A DNA stretch of 64,000 nt from a virus. The stretch lies in the IMG/VR virus record IMGVR_UViG_3300043773_002340, positions 7,913 to 71,912 of that record; one strand, written 5' to 3'. A program made the translations under genes and the position numbers. Shown here one piece after another: positions 29,382-37,921 of the stretch. The notes beneath the pieces were generated by a model. That model did no database searches and was not told the origin of the DNA. It worked only from the letters and a program-made list of their open reading frames with translations. Numbering within the stretch: the first letter of the stretch is position 1; each line of letters opens with the position of its first letter.

Positions 29382-32300
29382 TCAGAGAACGGTGGGCTGG
29401 GAGCCGAAGGAGGCGGTGTACTTGTAAACAGCGTTTACAGTGGCCAGTGACACGGACGGGGTGAAGGTCACAAGGGTGTCGTTGCCTGCGTTGGTCTCAA
29501 GTGTGAAGAAACCGAATGTTCCAGTCGAAGAAGTGATGATGCTGGATCCGACTCCGCTGTCAGAGGCGATGGTGATGTTCGCCCATGCGACGTTCGTGGA
29601 GTTGTCTGTCAGCATCACGGTCAGCGTGCCCATGCGAATCGCGCCGGAGAAGCTGAGGAGGTCGAGTGGCGTGGCGGCGACTGTGGCCTTTGTGGTGGCA
29701 GTTGAAAGTGTCTGAGGTGTGGACCAAGTGGGAGCGCCACCAGTTCCAGCAGATGTGAGGACCTGACCAGAAGTACCGTAGCTCGGGGTGGAGCCAACAC
29801 CCACGGCACCGTTCTCGTTCACCTGCAGCTTGATGGTCGAACCAGCGGCAAGAACGAGGTTGTTGCTCAGGGTTGTGGTTCCGGCGTAGGAGCCAACGAT
29901 GGTGTTGGTGGTTCCAGTCGTGATGTTATTACCGGCGTTGTAGCCGATGAGCGTGTTAGCGTTTCCAGACACGTTCTGTCCAGCACCGAAACCAACTGCT
30001 GTGCTCTGCGAACCGGTGATGTTGAGGCTGAGAGCGGTGTAGCCGAGGGCGGTGTTGGCGGTTCCAGTGGTGTTGGCTTGGAGTGCGTTGTGGCCGACAG
30101 CCACGAGGTTGGCGGCAGTGGAGGCAGTGAGGGCGTTGTTACCAACGGCGACGTTGTTACCACTGGTGGTAGCTGTGGTCAGGGCATTGAAGCCGATGGC
30201 AACGTTGTTGGCGCCCGAGGTTACAGAGTCACCAGCAAGACCGCCAACGAAGGTGTTGACCGATCCATTAGTAACTGCGGTACCAGCGTTGAAACCAACA
30301 GCGACGTTGCACCCACCACTTGTCGCAACAGCGAGTGTGTTTGCACCGATGGCCACGGATCCCGGAGCAGTGGCGACACCACCGAGGGCATTCAAACCGA
30401 CGGCGACCGTGTTGTCAGCTGTAGTAGCAGCGTCACCAGCATTCGCCCCGACGAAGGTGTTTCCTCCGCCCGTGGTCAGTGCGGCACCCGTATTGGCTCC
30501 CAAACCAGTGTTATTGTTAGTTCCACCAGCACCAAGGGCGTTGGAGCCCAATCCAGTGTTATTGTCGCCGGATGTGGCGGCGTCACCTGAGCCGAAGCCA
30601 ACATAAGTGTTGTTATTGCCAGCGGTGATTGCCGTTCCAGCGTTGTATCCCAGAGCGGTATTGTTAACGCCACTCGTGATACTGTTACCAGCATTTCCAC
30701 CAAGGGCCGTGTTGAACGGAGTGGCTGTGCAGGTGTAGCCAGACAGAGGAGCTGCGGGAGCGGCCCAAGTCGGGACGCCAGCGGCGACTGTCAGAACTTG
30801 ACCGGCGGAGCCGATAGGCAGAGCGGCAGCAGTGCTCGCAGCGGAGGCGTAGATGATGTCACCGGTCGCGGTCAGCAGGGAAGGAGCGATGACGGCAGAA
30901 CTGTCGAGTGACAGGGTCACATCACCGGAAGTGCCACCACCGGTGAGGCCAGTGCCGGCGGTCACGGCAGTGATGTCACCGATCTGAGGAGTCGTCCAAG
31001 TTGGAACGGCTCCACTTCCTCCTGAGGTCAGGACTTGACCGGCAGTACCGAAGTTGGTACCATCGGGGGACCAAGCACCAGAGGTATTTGCCTGGAACTT
31101 GACAGTGCTTCCGGCGGCGAGGATGACGGTGTCGGTGAGGGCGGCGGAGCCGTTCACATCGCCGATGATGGTGTTATTGAAGCCAGTTGTGATGACGTCA
31201 CCAGCGTTGGCACCGATGAGGATGTTAGTGCCACCCAGTGTTAGAGCTGAGCCAGCATTTGAACCGACGAGAGTGTTGTTGCTGCCTGTGGCAGTGTCGC
31301 CAGCGGCGAAGCCGATGTAAGTGTTGTCGGAACTAGTGGTAACAGCTTGACCCGCACTGGTCCCCACTGCGGTGTTACGAAGACCCGATGAGTTAGCAGC
31401 AAGAGCTTGGAAACCAACCGCAACAAGGTTCGAGCCTGATGTGGTAGATTGTAGCGACCCAGCACCGACGGCTACGTTGGTACCACCGCTTGTGACGCCG
31501 GCAAGGGCGTTGAAGCCAAGAGCTGTGTTGGCTCCACCGTTGGTGATAGAGTCACCGGCGTTTGCACCAACAAGAGTATTGCTTACACCGGTTGTAACAG
31601 CTGTTCCAGCATTGTAACCGATTGAAGTATTGCCTGTTCCACTGGTGATTGAGTCACCAGCGTTGCCACCCAGAGCGGTGTTGAATGGTGTGGCGGTGTT
31701 GGTGTAGCCAGACAGAGAAGCGCCCCATGCGATCTCCCCGGCGGAGACGATCAGCGACTGACCGTTTGTGCCGATCGGCAGAACATCATAGGTGCCAGCG
31801 CCAGTTCCGTAGAGCAGTTCACCAGCAGTCGTGAAGGTCGCGTCGGGAATGGCAGCATCTGCTGTGGACTGGGCAGCAGCAGCGTCGATAATCGCCTGAT
31901 CGGCGGTCGACTGAGCGGCGGCAGCGTCGATCAGAGCTTGATCTGCATCAGTCTGGGCAGCAGCAGCATCCGTCTGACCTTGAATACCGGCGTCGTAGGC
32001 GGCCTTGACCGCAGTCGCAGAAGCGGCAGTGGTGCTGGAGGTGACGTTCGTCGCGTCGGTGACAGCGTTAAGGGAGCCGTTGACACCACCTGCGAACTGC
32101 AGCGAGTAGGTGCCTTGAACGTTGACGTTTTGGGCGGTGATCGTGCCCGTCATCGTGCCGCCAGCTTTCGGCAGAGAGGCATTTGCCACGGCCAAAGCAG
32201 CGGCGGCGTCGGTCTGACCCTGAACGCCGGCGTCGTAGGCGGTCTTGACAGCAGTGGCGGAAGCGATTTGGCTGCTGTTGGTCACGTTGACCGCATCGAT

Positions 32301-34100
32301 CACGTTGTCCTGCAGAGCCTGAGGAGTGATCGCTGTGGTGTCGGATGTGCCAGCAAGGACCGCGGCAGCGTCAGCCAGTTGGACGATGCCTTGTTGGTCG
32401 TAGGTCGCCTGTGGAGGACGGGCTCCAACTCCGAGGACCAACCAGTTGGTGCCGTCGGAAAGCAGCCAGTCGCCATTCTCCATGGCGCTCGGGTTTGGAC
32501 CGGAGACCACGCAGACGAGGTAGTAGTCTTCGTTTGAGGGATCAGCTGGAGGCAGTGGGTCACCATTGACAAAACCGGCGGCGAGACCGGCGGCGGTCAC
32601 ACCGTCGACCACACCGTTGAGAGCGTCCCAACCACCGGCCAGTGTCGTGTTGGCGGCGATCGTCAGCGCGTCGATCTGTCCCTGAAGCACCGCACCTTGG
32701 GCAGCAGTCAGGGCTTGAGTGGTGGAGCTGGAGCTGAGAGTATTGTTGAGGGAGACCGCACCCTTGACCGTTGTCGAAGCGTCGGGGACGTTGATGACAC
32801 CGGCGACGAGAGTCAGGTTGCCGGTCAGCTCGACCTGGACCACACCGGGAGCGGCTGTGGTTGCGAGGTTGACACCGACGATCGGGGTCTGGGGATCGGT
32901 GTTGTCGACTGTGATTGGAGCGGTTCCTGTGACAGATGTCACGTCGCCAGGGGCGTCATCGGTCCAGGCGGGTGTGCCTGAGACCACCGTTAGAACTTGG
33001 CCGTCAGAGCCAACACCGAGAGGGCCGAATGTGCCGGCGCCAGTGCCGACGAGGATGTCACCCTCAGCCGTGTAGGAAGCACGGGGGATGGCTGCCACAG
33101 CCACGTCGTTGACCGCCTTGATGGCGAACGGAGTGGTGGCTTGAGTGATTGAAGTGCTGTCCAGGGCTGTGCTCAGTTGAACAGCGCCAGGAGCGGAAGT
33201 CGAGGCGGCGTTGATGCCGACGACTGGAGTCTGGGGATCAGTGTTGTCGACGGTGATGGGGGACGTTCCGGTCACTCCGGTCACGTCACCCTGGGCGTCA
33301 TCCACCCACAGTTGGCCAGTGCCGTCAAAACTGAGGATCTGGCCCGCGATTGGTGTGTTGGAAGCTTTGTTCAGCTTGTTGATTTCGAGATCGTTGATGT
33401 CAGTCTGGGCCTGCGCCATCTCGCCTTGGAGAGTGGCGATGTCGCCATCATTCGAAGTGATCTGGGACTGCAGACCGTCATCGACGAGCTTGAGGGCACT
33501 GAGCACAGCCTGTGTGGAGGCTGCGGTCAAAGTCATCGGGTTGGTGGCAGGCACCTGGTCCGAAGTGTTGAAGGCGAAGTGAGCGCCGAACAGCCACTCG
33601 GTTCCGCTGTAGATGTAGAGGCCTTCGTAGGTGGTGCCTGGAGCACCTTGAACGATGCAGGTGGCGTTGCGCCCGATGTAGGAAGGGCTGCCGATAGCGG
33701 AAGAAATCTTCTGGCTCGTTGTGGCACCCGGAGCTGCGGAAACAGCGGCGTTGTCTGTCTGATAGGAGAAACCGGTGCCGGCGTCCTGCCACTCGGCCAC
33801 TCCAAGAGCGGCGTTGTAGGTCAACACTTGCTCATTGGTCGGAGCGGGACGACCCTCAGCCTCGGGATTAGCGACAAAGAAGTCGTTCAGAGCAGTGCGC
33901 TCAAGCAGCACCTGAACCCAGCCCTTACCAGCGGGGGGATTCGGGGTGACGACTGTGCCGGAGAAATCAATACGGGTGTCCGAGCCCGTACCAAGATACA
34001 TGGTACCGTCAGAGACGTTAAACGCAACCTGACCTGGATCGAGTTGGGAAGGCTGGGCTCCGGGGATAGCGGAGCGGAGTTGTTGGAACGAGATAGTCAT
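29382..34100 (-). CDS. Giant tail fibre (1572 aa)
   Basis: Mtd_N-like head LDPGQVAFNVSDGTMYLG; fibre repeats; two long NTALG.NAG beta-roll tracts; only 4 Cys. Confidence 0.9.
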   Translation of the reverse strand: MTISFQQLRSAIPGAQPSQLDPGQVAFNVSDGTMYLGTGSDTRIDFSGTVVTPNPPAGKGWVQVLLERTALNDFFVANPEAEGRPAPTNEQVLTYNAALGVAEWQDAGTGFSYQTDNAAVSAAPGATTSQKISSAIGSPSYIGRNATCIVQGAPGTTYEGLYIYSGTEWLFGAHFAFNTSDQVPATNPMTLTAASTQAVLSALKLVDDGLQSQITSNDGDIATLQGEMAQAQTDINDLEINKLNKASNTPIAGQILSFDGTGQLWVDDAQGDVTGVTGTSPITVDNTDPQTPVVGINAASTSAPGAVQLSTALDSTSITQATTPFAIKAVNDVAVAAIPRASYTAEGDILVGTGAGTFGPLGVGSDGQVLTVVSGTPAWTDDAPGDVTSVTGTAPITVDNTDPQTPIVGVNLATTAAPGVVQVELTGNLTLVAGVINVPDASTTVKGAVSLNNTLSSSSTTQALTAAQGAVLQGQIDALTIAANTTLAGGWDALNGVVDGVTAAGLAAGFVNGDPLPPADPSNEDYYLVCVVSGPNPSAMENGDWLLSDGTNWLVLGVGARPPQATYDQQGIVQLADAAAVLAGTSDTTAITPQALQDNVIDAVNVTNSSQIASATAVKTAYDAGVQGQTDAAAALAVANASLPKAGGTMTGTITAQNVNVQGTYSLQFAGGVNGSLNAVTDATNVTSSTTAASATAVKAAYDAGIQGQTDAAAAQTDADQALIDAAAAQSTADQAIIDAAAAQSTADAAIPDATFTTAGELLYGTGAGTYDVLPIGTNGQSLIVSAGEIAWGASLSGYTNTATPFNTALGGNAGDSITSGTGNTSIGYNAGTAVTTGVSNTLVGANAGDSITNGGANTALGFNALAGVTSGGTNVAVGAGSLQSTTSGSNLVAVGFQALAANSSGLRNTAVGTSAGQAVTTSSDNTYIGFAAGDTATGSNNTLVGSNAGSALTLGGTNILIGANAGDVITTGFNNTIIGDVNGSAALTDTVILAAGSTVKFQANTSGAWSPDGTNFGTAGQVLTSGGSGAVPTWTTPQIGDITAVTAGTGLTGGGTSGDVTLSLDSSAVIAPSLLTATGDIIYASAASTAAALPIGSAGQVLTVAAGVPTWAAPAAPLSGYTCTATPFNTALGGNAGNSITSGVNNTALGYNAGTAITAGNNNTYVGFGSGDAATSGDNNTGLGSNALGAGGTNNNTGLGANTGAALTTGGGNTFVGANAGDAATTADNTVAVGLNALGGVATAPGSVAIGANTLAVATSGGCNVAVGFNAGTAVTNGSVNTFVGGLAGDSVTSGANNVAIGFNALTTATTSGNNVAVGNNALTASTAANLVAVGHNALQANTTGTANTALGYTALSLNITGSQSTAVGFGAGQNVSGNANTLIGYNAGNNITTGTTNTIVGSYAGTTTLSNNLVLAAGSTIKLQVNENGAVGVGSTPSYGTSGQVLTSAGTGGAPTWSTPQTLSTATTKATVAATPLDLLSFSGAIRMGTLTVMLTDNSTNVAWANITIASDSGVGSSIITSSTGTFGFFTLETNAGNDTLVTFTPSVSLATVNAVYKYTASFGSQPTVL

Positions 34101-34103
34101 GGA

Positions 34104-34661
34104 TTAGGCAGGAACAAAGGAGCCGCAATCGACATTTGTAACAAACTGTGTGGCCGGATCAATCTCTACGCCATTGCCGGCGCGAACCATGTTCTTAACG
34201 AAGCCGACGTTGATCGCTTGTTGAAGAGCGTTGGGATTGATTGGGGCAGTCAGGAAGAGTGGACCGTTGACGGTTCCGCCAAGGTCGCTGATGGTGTGGT
34301 CGAGGAAAAAGCCCAAAGTCACAGGCTGATTGTTCTCGAGAATCGGGGCGGAGAAATAAGCCGGACCAACGACGGTCCATCCTCCAGCCTCAGTCAGAAC
34401 ACCATTCGGGAGTGGCATCGTGGTGACCCACTGGCCGCCTCCGGTGTCCACATAATAAAGCCATAAGGTTCCAGTGCTGGCTTGGTACCAGAGGTCACCC
34501 TGTTTGGGGCGGTTAGGCGGACAGTCAGACACGTACACCGGAGCGTCGTCCGGAGTTGGAAGTGCTTGTGGTGCCCACCCGTAACCGTTGAAGATGTAGG
34601 ATACGCCTTTGTAGAGGTAAGTATCCCCAATCTGCGGATTTGCGGGGAAATTCAATGCCAT
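34104..34661 (-). CDS. Fibre-associated structural protein
   Basis: MALNFPANPQIGDTY..W; P..P..GDLWY....GTLWLYY.D..GGQWV module; ends VDCGSFVPA. Confidence 0.75.
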   Translation of the reverse strand: MALNFPANPQIGDTYLYKGVSYIFNGYGWAPQALPTPDDAPVYVSDCPPNRPKQGDLWYQASTGTLWLYYVDTGGGQWVTTMPLPNGVLTEAGGWTVVGPAYFSAPILENNQPVTLGFFLDHTISDLGGTVNGPLFLTAPINPNALQQAINVGFVKNMVRAGNGVEIDPATQFVTNVDCGSFVPA

Positions 34662-34763
34662 GTTACATGACCCATCTCAGTAGAGAGTTTAACAGGGGTT
34701 GGCTCTTGCTTACTCGTTTCCAACCTCGAGCGGCTTTTTGTCTTGTTTCGCCACGATATTCCG

Positions 34764-35927
34764 CTACTCTGGGCAGCGGGGCTGATCATCATAGAAGACC
34801 GGACCGTTGGTGTTGTTCGGAGTGCCTCCGTACCACGAGCCTGGTCCGCCGAAAGTCTGGTCGGAACCAGACAGTCTCCATCCACCACCATCGGTGGGCT
34901 GGAGTGTGACGTTGGAGTTTCCGTCGAGACGCTCCATGGAGTATGGATCGCCCCATCCGGAGCCAGAGTAGTTTGGTTCGTCATTGTTCTGGCCGATGGC
35001 GCCCCACCCGATGCGATAGTCAGGTGCGAGGTCGCCCGCTGCGTCGGTTTGCCAGCCACTGAATCCTTTGCCAGACACTCCATTGTAGCGCTGAGGGACG
35101 CGCCAAGAGCGCATAATCCCACGCGGAGTGTCGATCGCCGAGTCTTGGTTTCCGGCGCGGATGTTGGTCATGCGCATCTGCGCATCCAACAACTTCAGAC
35201 AGTTTTCATAGTCGCGGTAGACATCCTCACGACGGCGGACCGTGTCGAGATAGTACCGAGCGATAATGAGAGCGGTGCGTTTCCTGTTTGAGGAGATGAC
35301 GACTTGACCCGCCTTTCCCGCCTGTTCGATGTGGGAGTCGATCAGTGAATTCGCGTCCTGAATCGCCATCCAGAGTTTGGCGTTGTTGACGTTGATCGCC
35401 GCGGCGTCATCGATGTTTGTGAGTTGGATGGCCTCCTTGAGACCGAACGCCATGATGAAATCATCGGGAGTGGCGTTGCGTGGGTCCGCGTTGCGATTCT
35501 GGAAGGGAAAACCGTAGCCGCCGATGGTGTGGCCCAGGTTTGACTGCTGCACCCAGCCATTGGCCTCCTCACTGTAGGAGACCTTGTTCGTCGCCGGAAC
35601 ACGATGAAACGCCCTGACCGAGGCCCGTTTGATGGTGGTCGCCGTCGCACCAGCGGGAGTCGGTCCGCGCAGACACACGTTCAAGTCATTCGGCGGGTCG
35701 TAAGATACGAACACCTCATCCAACTGACTGAGATTTTCTGCCAGACCAAGAGCGACAACGGTGTCGCTCGAGTAAAGCATGGTGGAGATCACGACTTGAC
35801 CGTAGTTGACCGTCCAACTTTGGATCGGGACCACCACGTTTGTGTCGAGAGGCTCGGTAAAGTATATGATTATGGTGCGTTGGTTAGTGACCTCGATCTG
35901 ACTAACTTGTGGAGTGAGCACGGCCAC
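34764..35927 (-). CDS. Mu gp36/DUF1320-like head-tail adaptor fused to an N-terminal SwmB-like domain
   Basis: ATPDDFIMAFGLKEAIQLT...AIQDANSLIDSHI...IARYYL...YRDYENCLKLL; N-terminal IIIYFTEPLD...WTV...VFVSYDPP; GTG start. Confidence 0.8.
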   Translation of the reverse strand: MAVLTPQVSQIEVTNQRTIIIYFTEPLDTNVVVPIQSWTVNYGQVVISTMLYSSDTVVALGLAENLSQLDEVFVSYDPPNDLNVCLRGPTPAGATATTIKRASVRAFHRVPATNKVSYSEEANGWVQQSNLGHTIGGYGFPFQNRNADPRNATPDDFIMAFGLKEAIQLTNIDDAAAINVNNAKLWMAIQDANSLIDSHIEQAGKAGQVVISSNRKRTALIIARYYLDTVRRREDVYRDYENCLKLLDAQMRMTNIRAGNQDSAIDTPRGIMRSWRVPQRYNGVSGKGFSGWQTDAAGDLAPDYRIGWGAIGQNNDEPNYSGSGWGDPYSMERLDGNSNVTLQPTDGGGWRLSGSDQTFGGPGSWYGGTPNNTNGPVFYDDQPRCPE

Positions 35928-35944
35928 ACTTCTTCTTTGAGGTG

Positions 35945-35952
35945 TTTTACCC
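35945..35952 (-). promoter_or_regulatory. GGGTAAAA motif (putative late promoter)
   Basis: Directly after the upstream stop; 17 nt before GTG 35927. Confidence 0.65.
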
Positions 35953-36516
35953 TCAGGGAATCCACTCCGGAGTGGTTGTCAGGTATGGATCATCATGTCC
36001 GCCAACTGGTAGGAAACGTTCAGACTGCCAGAAAGCGATCGGATCCTTTATCACACGGAAGACAGTGCCCGCTCCAGTGCCGGGTCTAAACAAACAGTTG
36101 GTGAGATAACTCATGCCAAGACGAATGGGCCACTCATCTCTCCACGTGTGTTGCCATCCCACTATGGTGACCAACTTCGGCCGGCCTAGCCCCACGCCGG
36201 GCATCAGTTGCACTTCATATTCAATGGAGGCCACTTCGTTGTTGAAGAGCTCACGCTTTGTCTCAGGCGGCTCGTCAAAAAACTTGACCTTGAGGGACCG
36301 AAACTGTGTTGGCACCGCAGTGTCTGGTCCCTTGCTGTAGAAACCCTGAAGAAAGCCTTCCGTTATGAGCGGGAAGTCCTCCACGTATGTGTACATCGGA
36401 TAGTAGTGGTCCGGGTCATACACTGCGAACCCTGACGCAAACTCCGTGACCTCATACTCGAGAACGTCTTCGTAGTACCACTGCAGAGAGTAACGACTCG
36501 CTTTACGGATGGCCAT
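35953..36516 (-). CDS. Hypothetical protein (baseplate region)
   Basis: Coupled ORF, aromatic-rich; no recognised motif. Confidence 0.65.
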   Translation of the reverse strand: MAIRKASRYSLQWYYEDVLEYEVTEFASGFAVYDPDHYYPMYTYVEDFPLITEGFLQGFYSKGPDTAVPTQFRSLKVKFFDEPPETKRELFNNEVASIEYEVQLMPGVGLGRPKLVTIVGWQHTWRDEWPIRLGMSYLTNCLFRPGTGAGTVFRVIKDPIAFWQSERFLPVGGHDDPYLTTTPEWIP

Positions 36517-36791
36517 CAGTACACCGCCAAAACTAGATGAGGACCGGAAATCGTGTTGATTACGATAGGAGTAAAAGTTTGACCGCCGACTGTAATCGCA
36601 GCGGGGCGGATCGAGGTCGGGCCTAAAGACGTGGAGCCCTGAACCGTCAAGTTCATATTTATGGTGACGTCTTGGCAGAAAATTTGTGGGCGAGCATTAT
36701 ACTCTGGACCGCCACACTCTAAATCACCACACTTTCCTTCGACTTCACATGGAACGGGGTACGTTAAGGAGTAATTCGTAGGTGCACTCAT
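36516..36791 (-). CDS. Small Cys-containing beta-rich protein, possible spike tip
   Basis: Directly downstream of the spike gene; CEVEGKCGDLEC, then beta-strand repeats. Confidence 0.55.
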   Translation of the reverse strand: MSAPTNYSLTYPVPCEVEGKCGDLECGGPEYNARPQIFCQDVTINMNLTVQGSTSLGPTSIRPAAITVGGQTFTPIVINTISGPHLVLAVY

Positions 36792-37576
36792 TTCGGGGGC
36801 TCATACCATTTTGCGTCGCCACCGAGAGGGTTGGCTCGAGGATCAGTTCCGTACCTGGAGTATTTTTGCATTGCTCCTCTCGACGTTGGAAAGACAAAGT
36901 CCCAGATGGACTGCTCGTTCACCGGTTGCTCTGCGTCACCGTGTGTGTCATTCGGTTGGATGCCATCATTCTCACCAGCGTGACCGTGGGCCAAATCCAC
37001 ATGGCGAACCCAAATATATTCGCCAGCGCGTTTGAGACAGACACACAACCAGTCGGAGTCCATGGGCCCGCCCAATTCTATGACCATCAGGCCCACATTT
37101 TCGGCGCTTGCGGCTGGAAACTCCCCGCTTTCGTAACACGGGAGACGGACCATGGTGCCCGTATCTGGCTGCTGGGTCTTTTTGTTGAGAACGCCTTCGT
37201 CCCAAATGACATCGCGAGCGACTGCGTACTGATATTGCCCGTCCGTCGCTTCAAGAGTGACTCTCTTGCCCACCAGTCTTTTGGGTTGTTTGCCTTTGAA
37301 AGCGGGGCTGAAGTCGACCCACTGGCTTTTCTGCTCCACGCCTTCACGTTTTCCGTAGGCGTTCGAACCCTCAACCTGGGGTTTTTCGGGGTTCATGTCA
37401 TCGAAGACGACCTTGACCCGACCTCTTTCCTCTGGGTCATCAACACTGACGATGGTCGCCCGAATCGAACCCTTCGGTCCAGCAGCGATGGAGTCGATGG
37501 CGTCACGCTGTGTGGAATAGTGGGCGAGAGCCAACAGAAGGGGGTTTGTTTCCAGTCTGGGTTCGAACTGATTCAT
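36788..37576 (-). CDS. Baseplate central spike (P2 gpV/T4 gp5 OB-fold-like)
   Basis: IRATIVSVDDPEERGRVKVVF...SQWV; HxH motif in LAHGHAG. Confidence 0.75.
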   Translation of the reverse strand: MNQFEPRLETNPLLLALAHYSTQRDAIDSIAAGPKGSIRATIVSVDDPEERGRVKVVFDDMNPEKPQVEGSNAYGKREGVEQKSQWVDFSPAFKGKQPKRLVGKRVTLEATDGQYQYAVARDVIWDEGVLNKKTQQPDTGTMVRLPCYESGEFPAASAENVGLMVIELGGPMDSDWLCVCLKRAGEYIWVRHVDLAHGHAGENDGIQPNDTHGDAEQPVNEQSIWDFVFPTSRGAMQKYSRYGTDPRANPLGGDAKWYEPPK

Positions 37577-37920
37577 CCTTTCCTACGACGGGTGTTTTCG
37601 CGAAGAATGTAGCGCGGGCGGCGTTTCGGTGGCGCGACTGGAGCAACGGGGATGAAATCCACCGGTGGGGCTGGATACCGAATCTCGGGCTCAGGGGAGT
37701 TTTCGATTTCTGCTTCTTCTTCCACCTTTTGAATGGCCTCGAAGGTGTCAGCGGGGGAGGCGGCGAGGAAAGCCTCCAGTTCCACCTCCTCTGTCTCCTC
37801 TTCAACCACAGGCTCAGCTTCACACTCAGCGGCCACCTCAAGCATTTCCTCATGGGCGGGTTCCACCTGGACTGGCATCTCGGGTTTGGGTTGAGTTGTG
37901 CGGCGGCGACGTGTGGCCAT
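37573..37920 (-). CDS. Hypothetical acidic/Pro-rich protein
   Basis: MATRRRR start, E/P-rich middle, basic C-terminus. Confidence 0.6.
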   Translation of the reverse strand: MATRRRRTTQPKPEMPVQVEPAHEEMLEVAAECEAEPVVEEETEEVELEAFLAASPADTFEAIQKVEEEAEIENSPEPEIRYPAPPVDFIPVAPVAPPKRRPRYILRENTRRRKG

Positions 37921-37921
37921 G

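Noticed and set aside
8822-34100. Diversity-generating retroelement suggested by Mtd_N-like domains
   Set aside because: No reverse transcriptase, no template/variable repeat pair with adenine-specific mismatches and no C-type lectin tip seen; only the attachment-domain resemblance.
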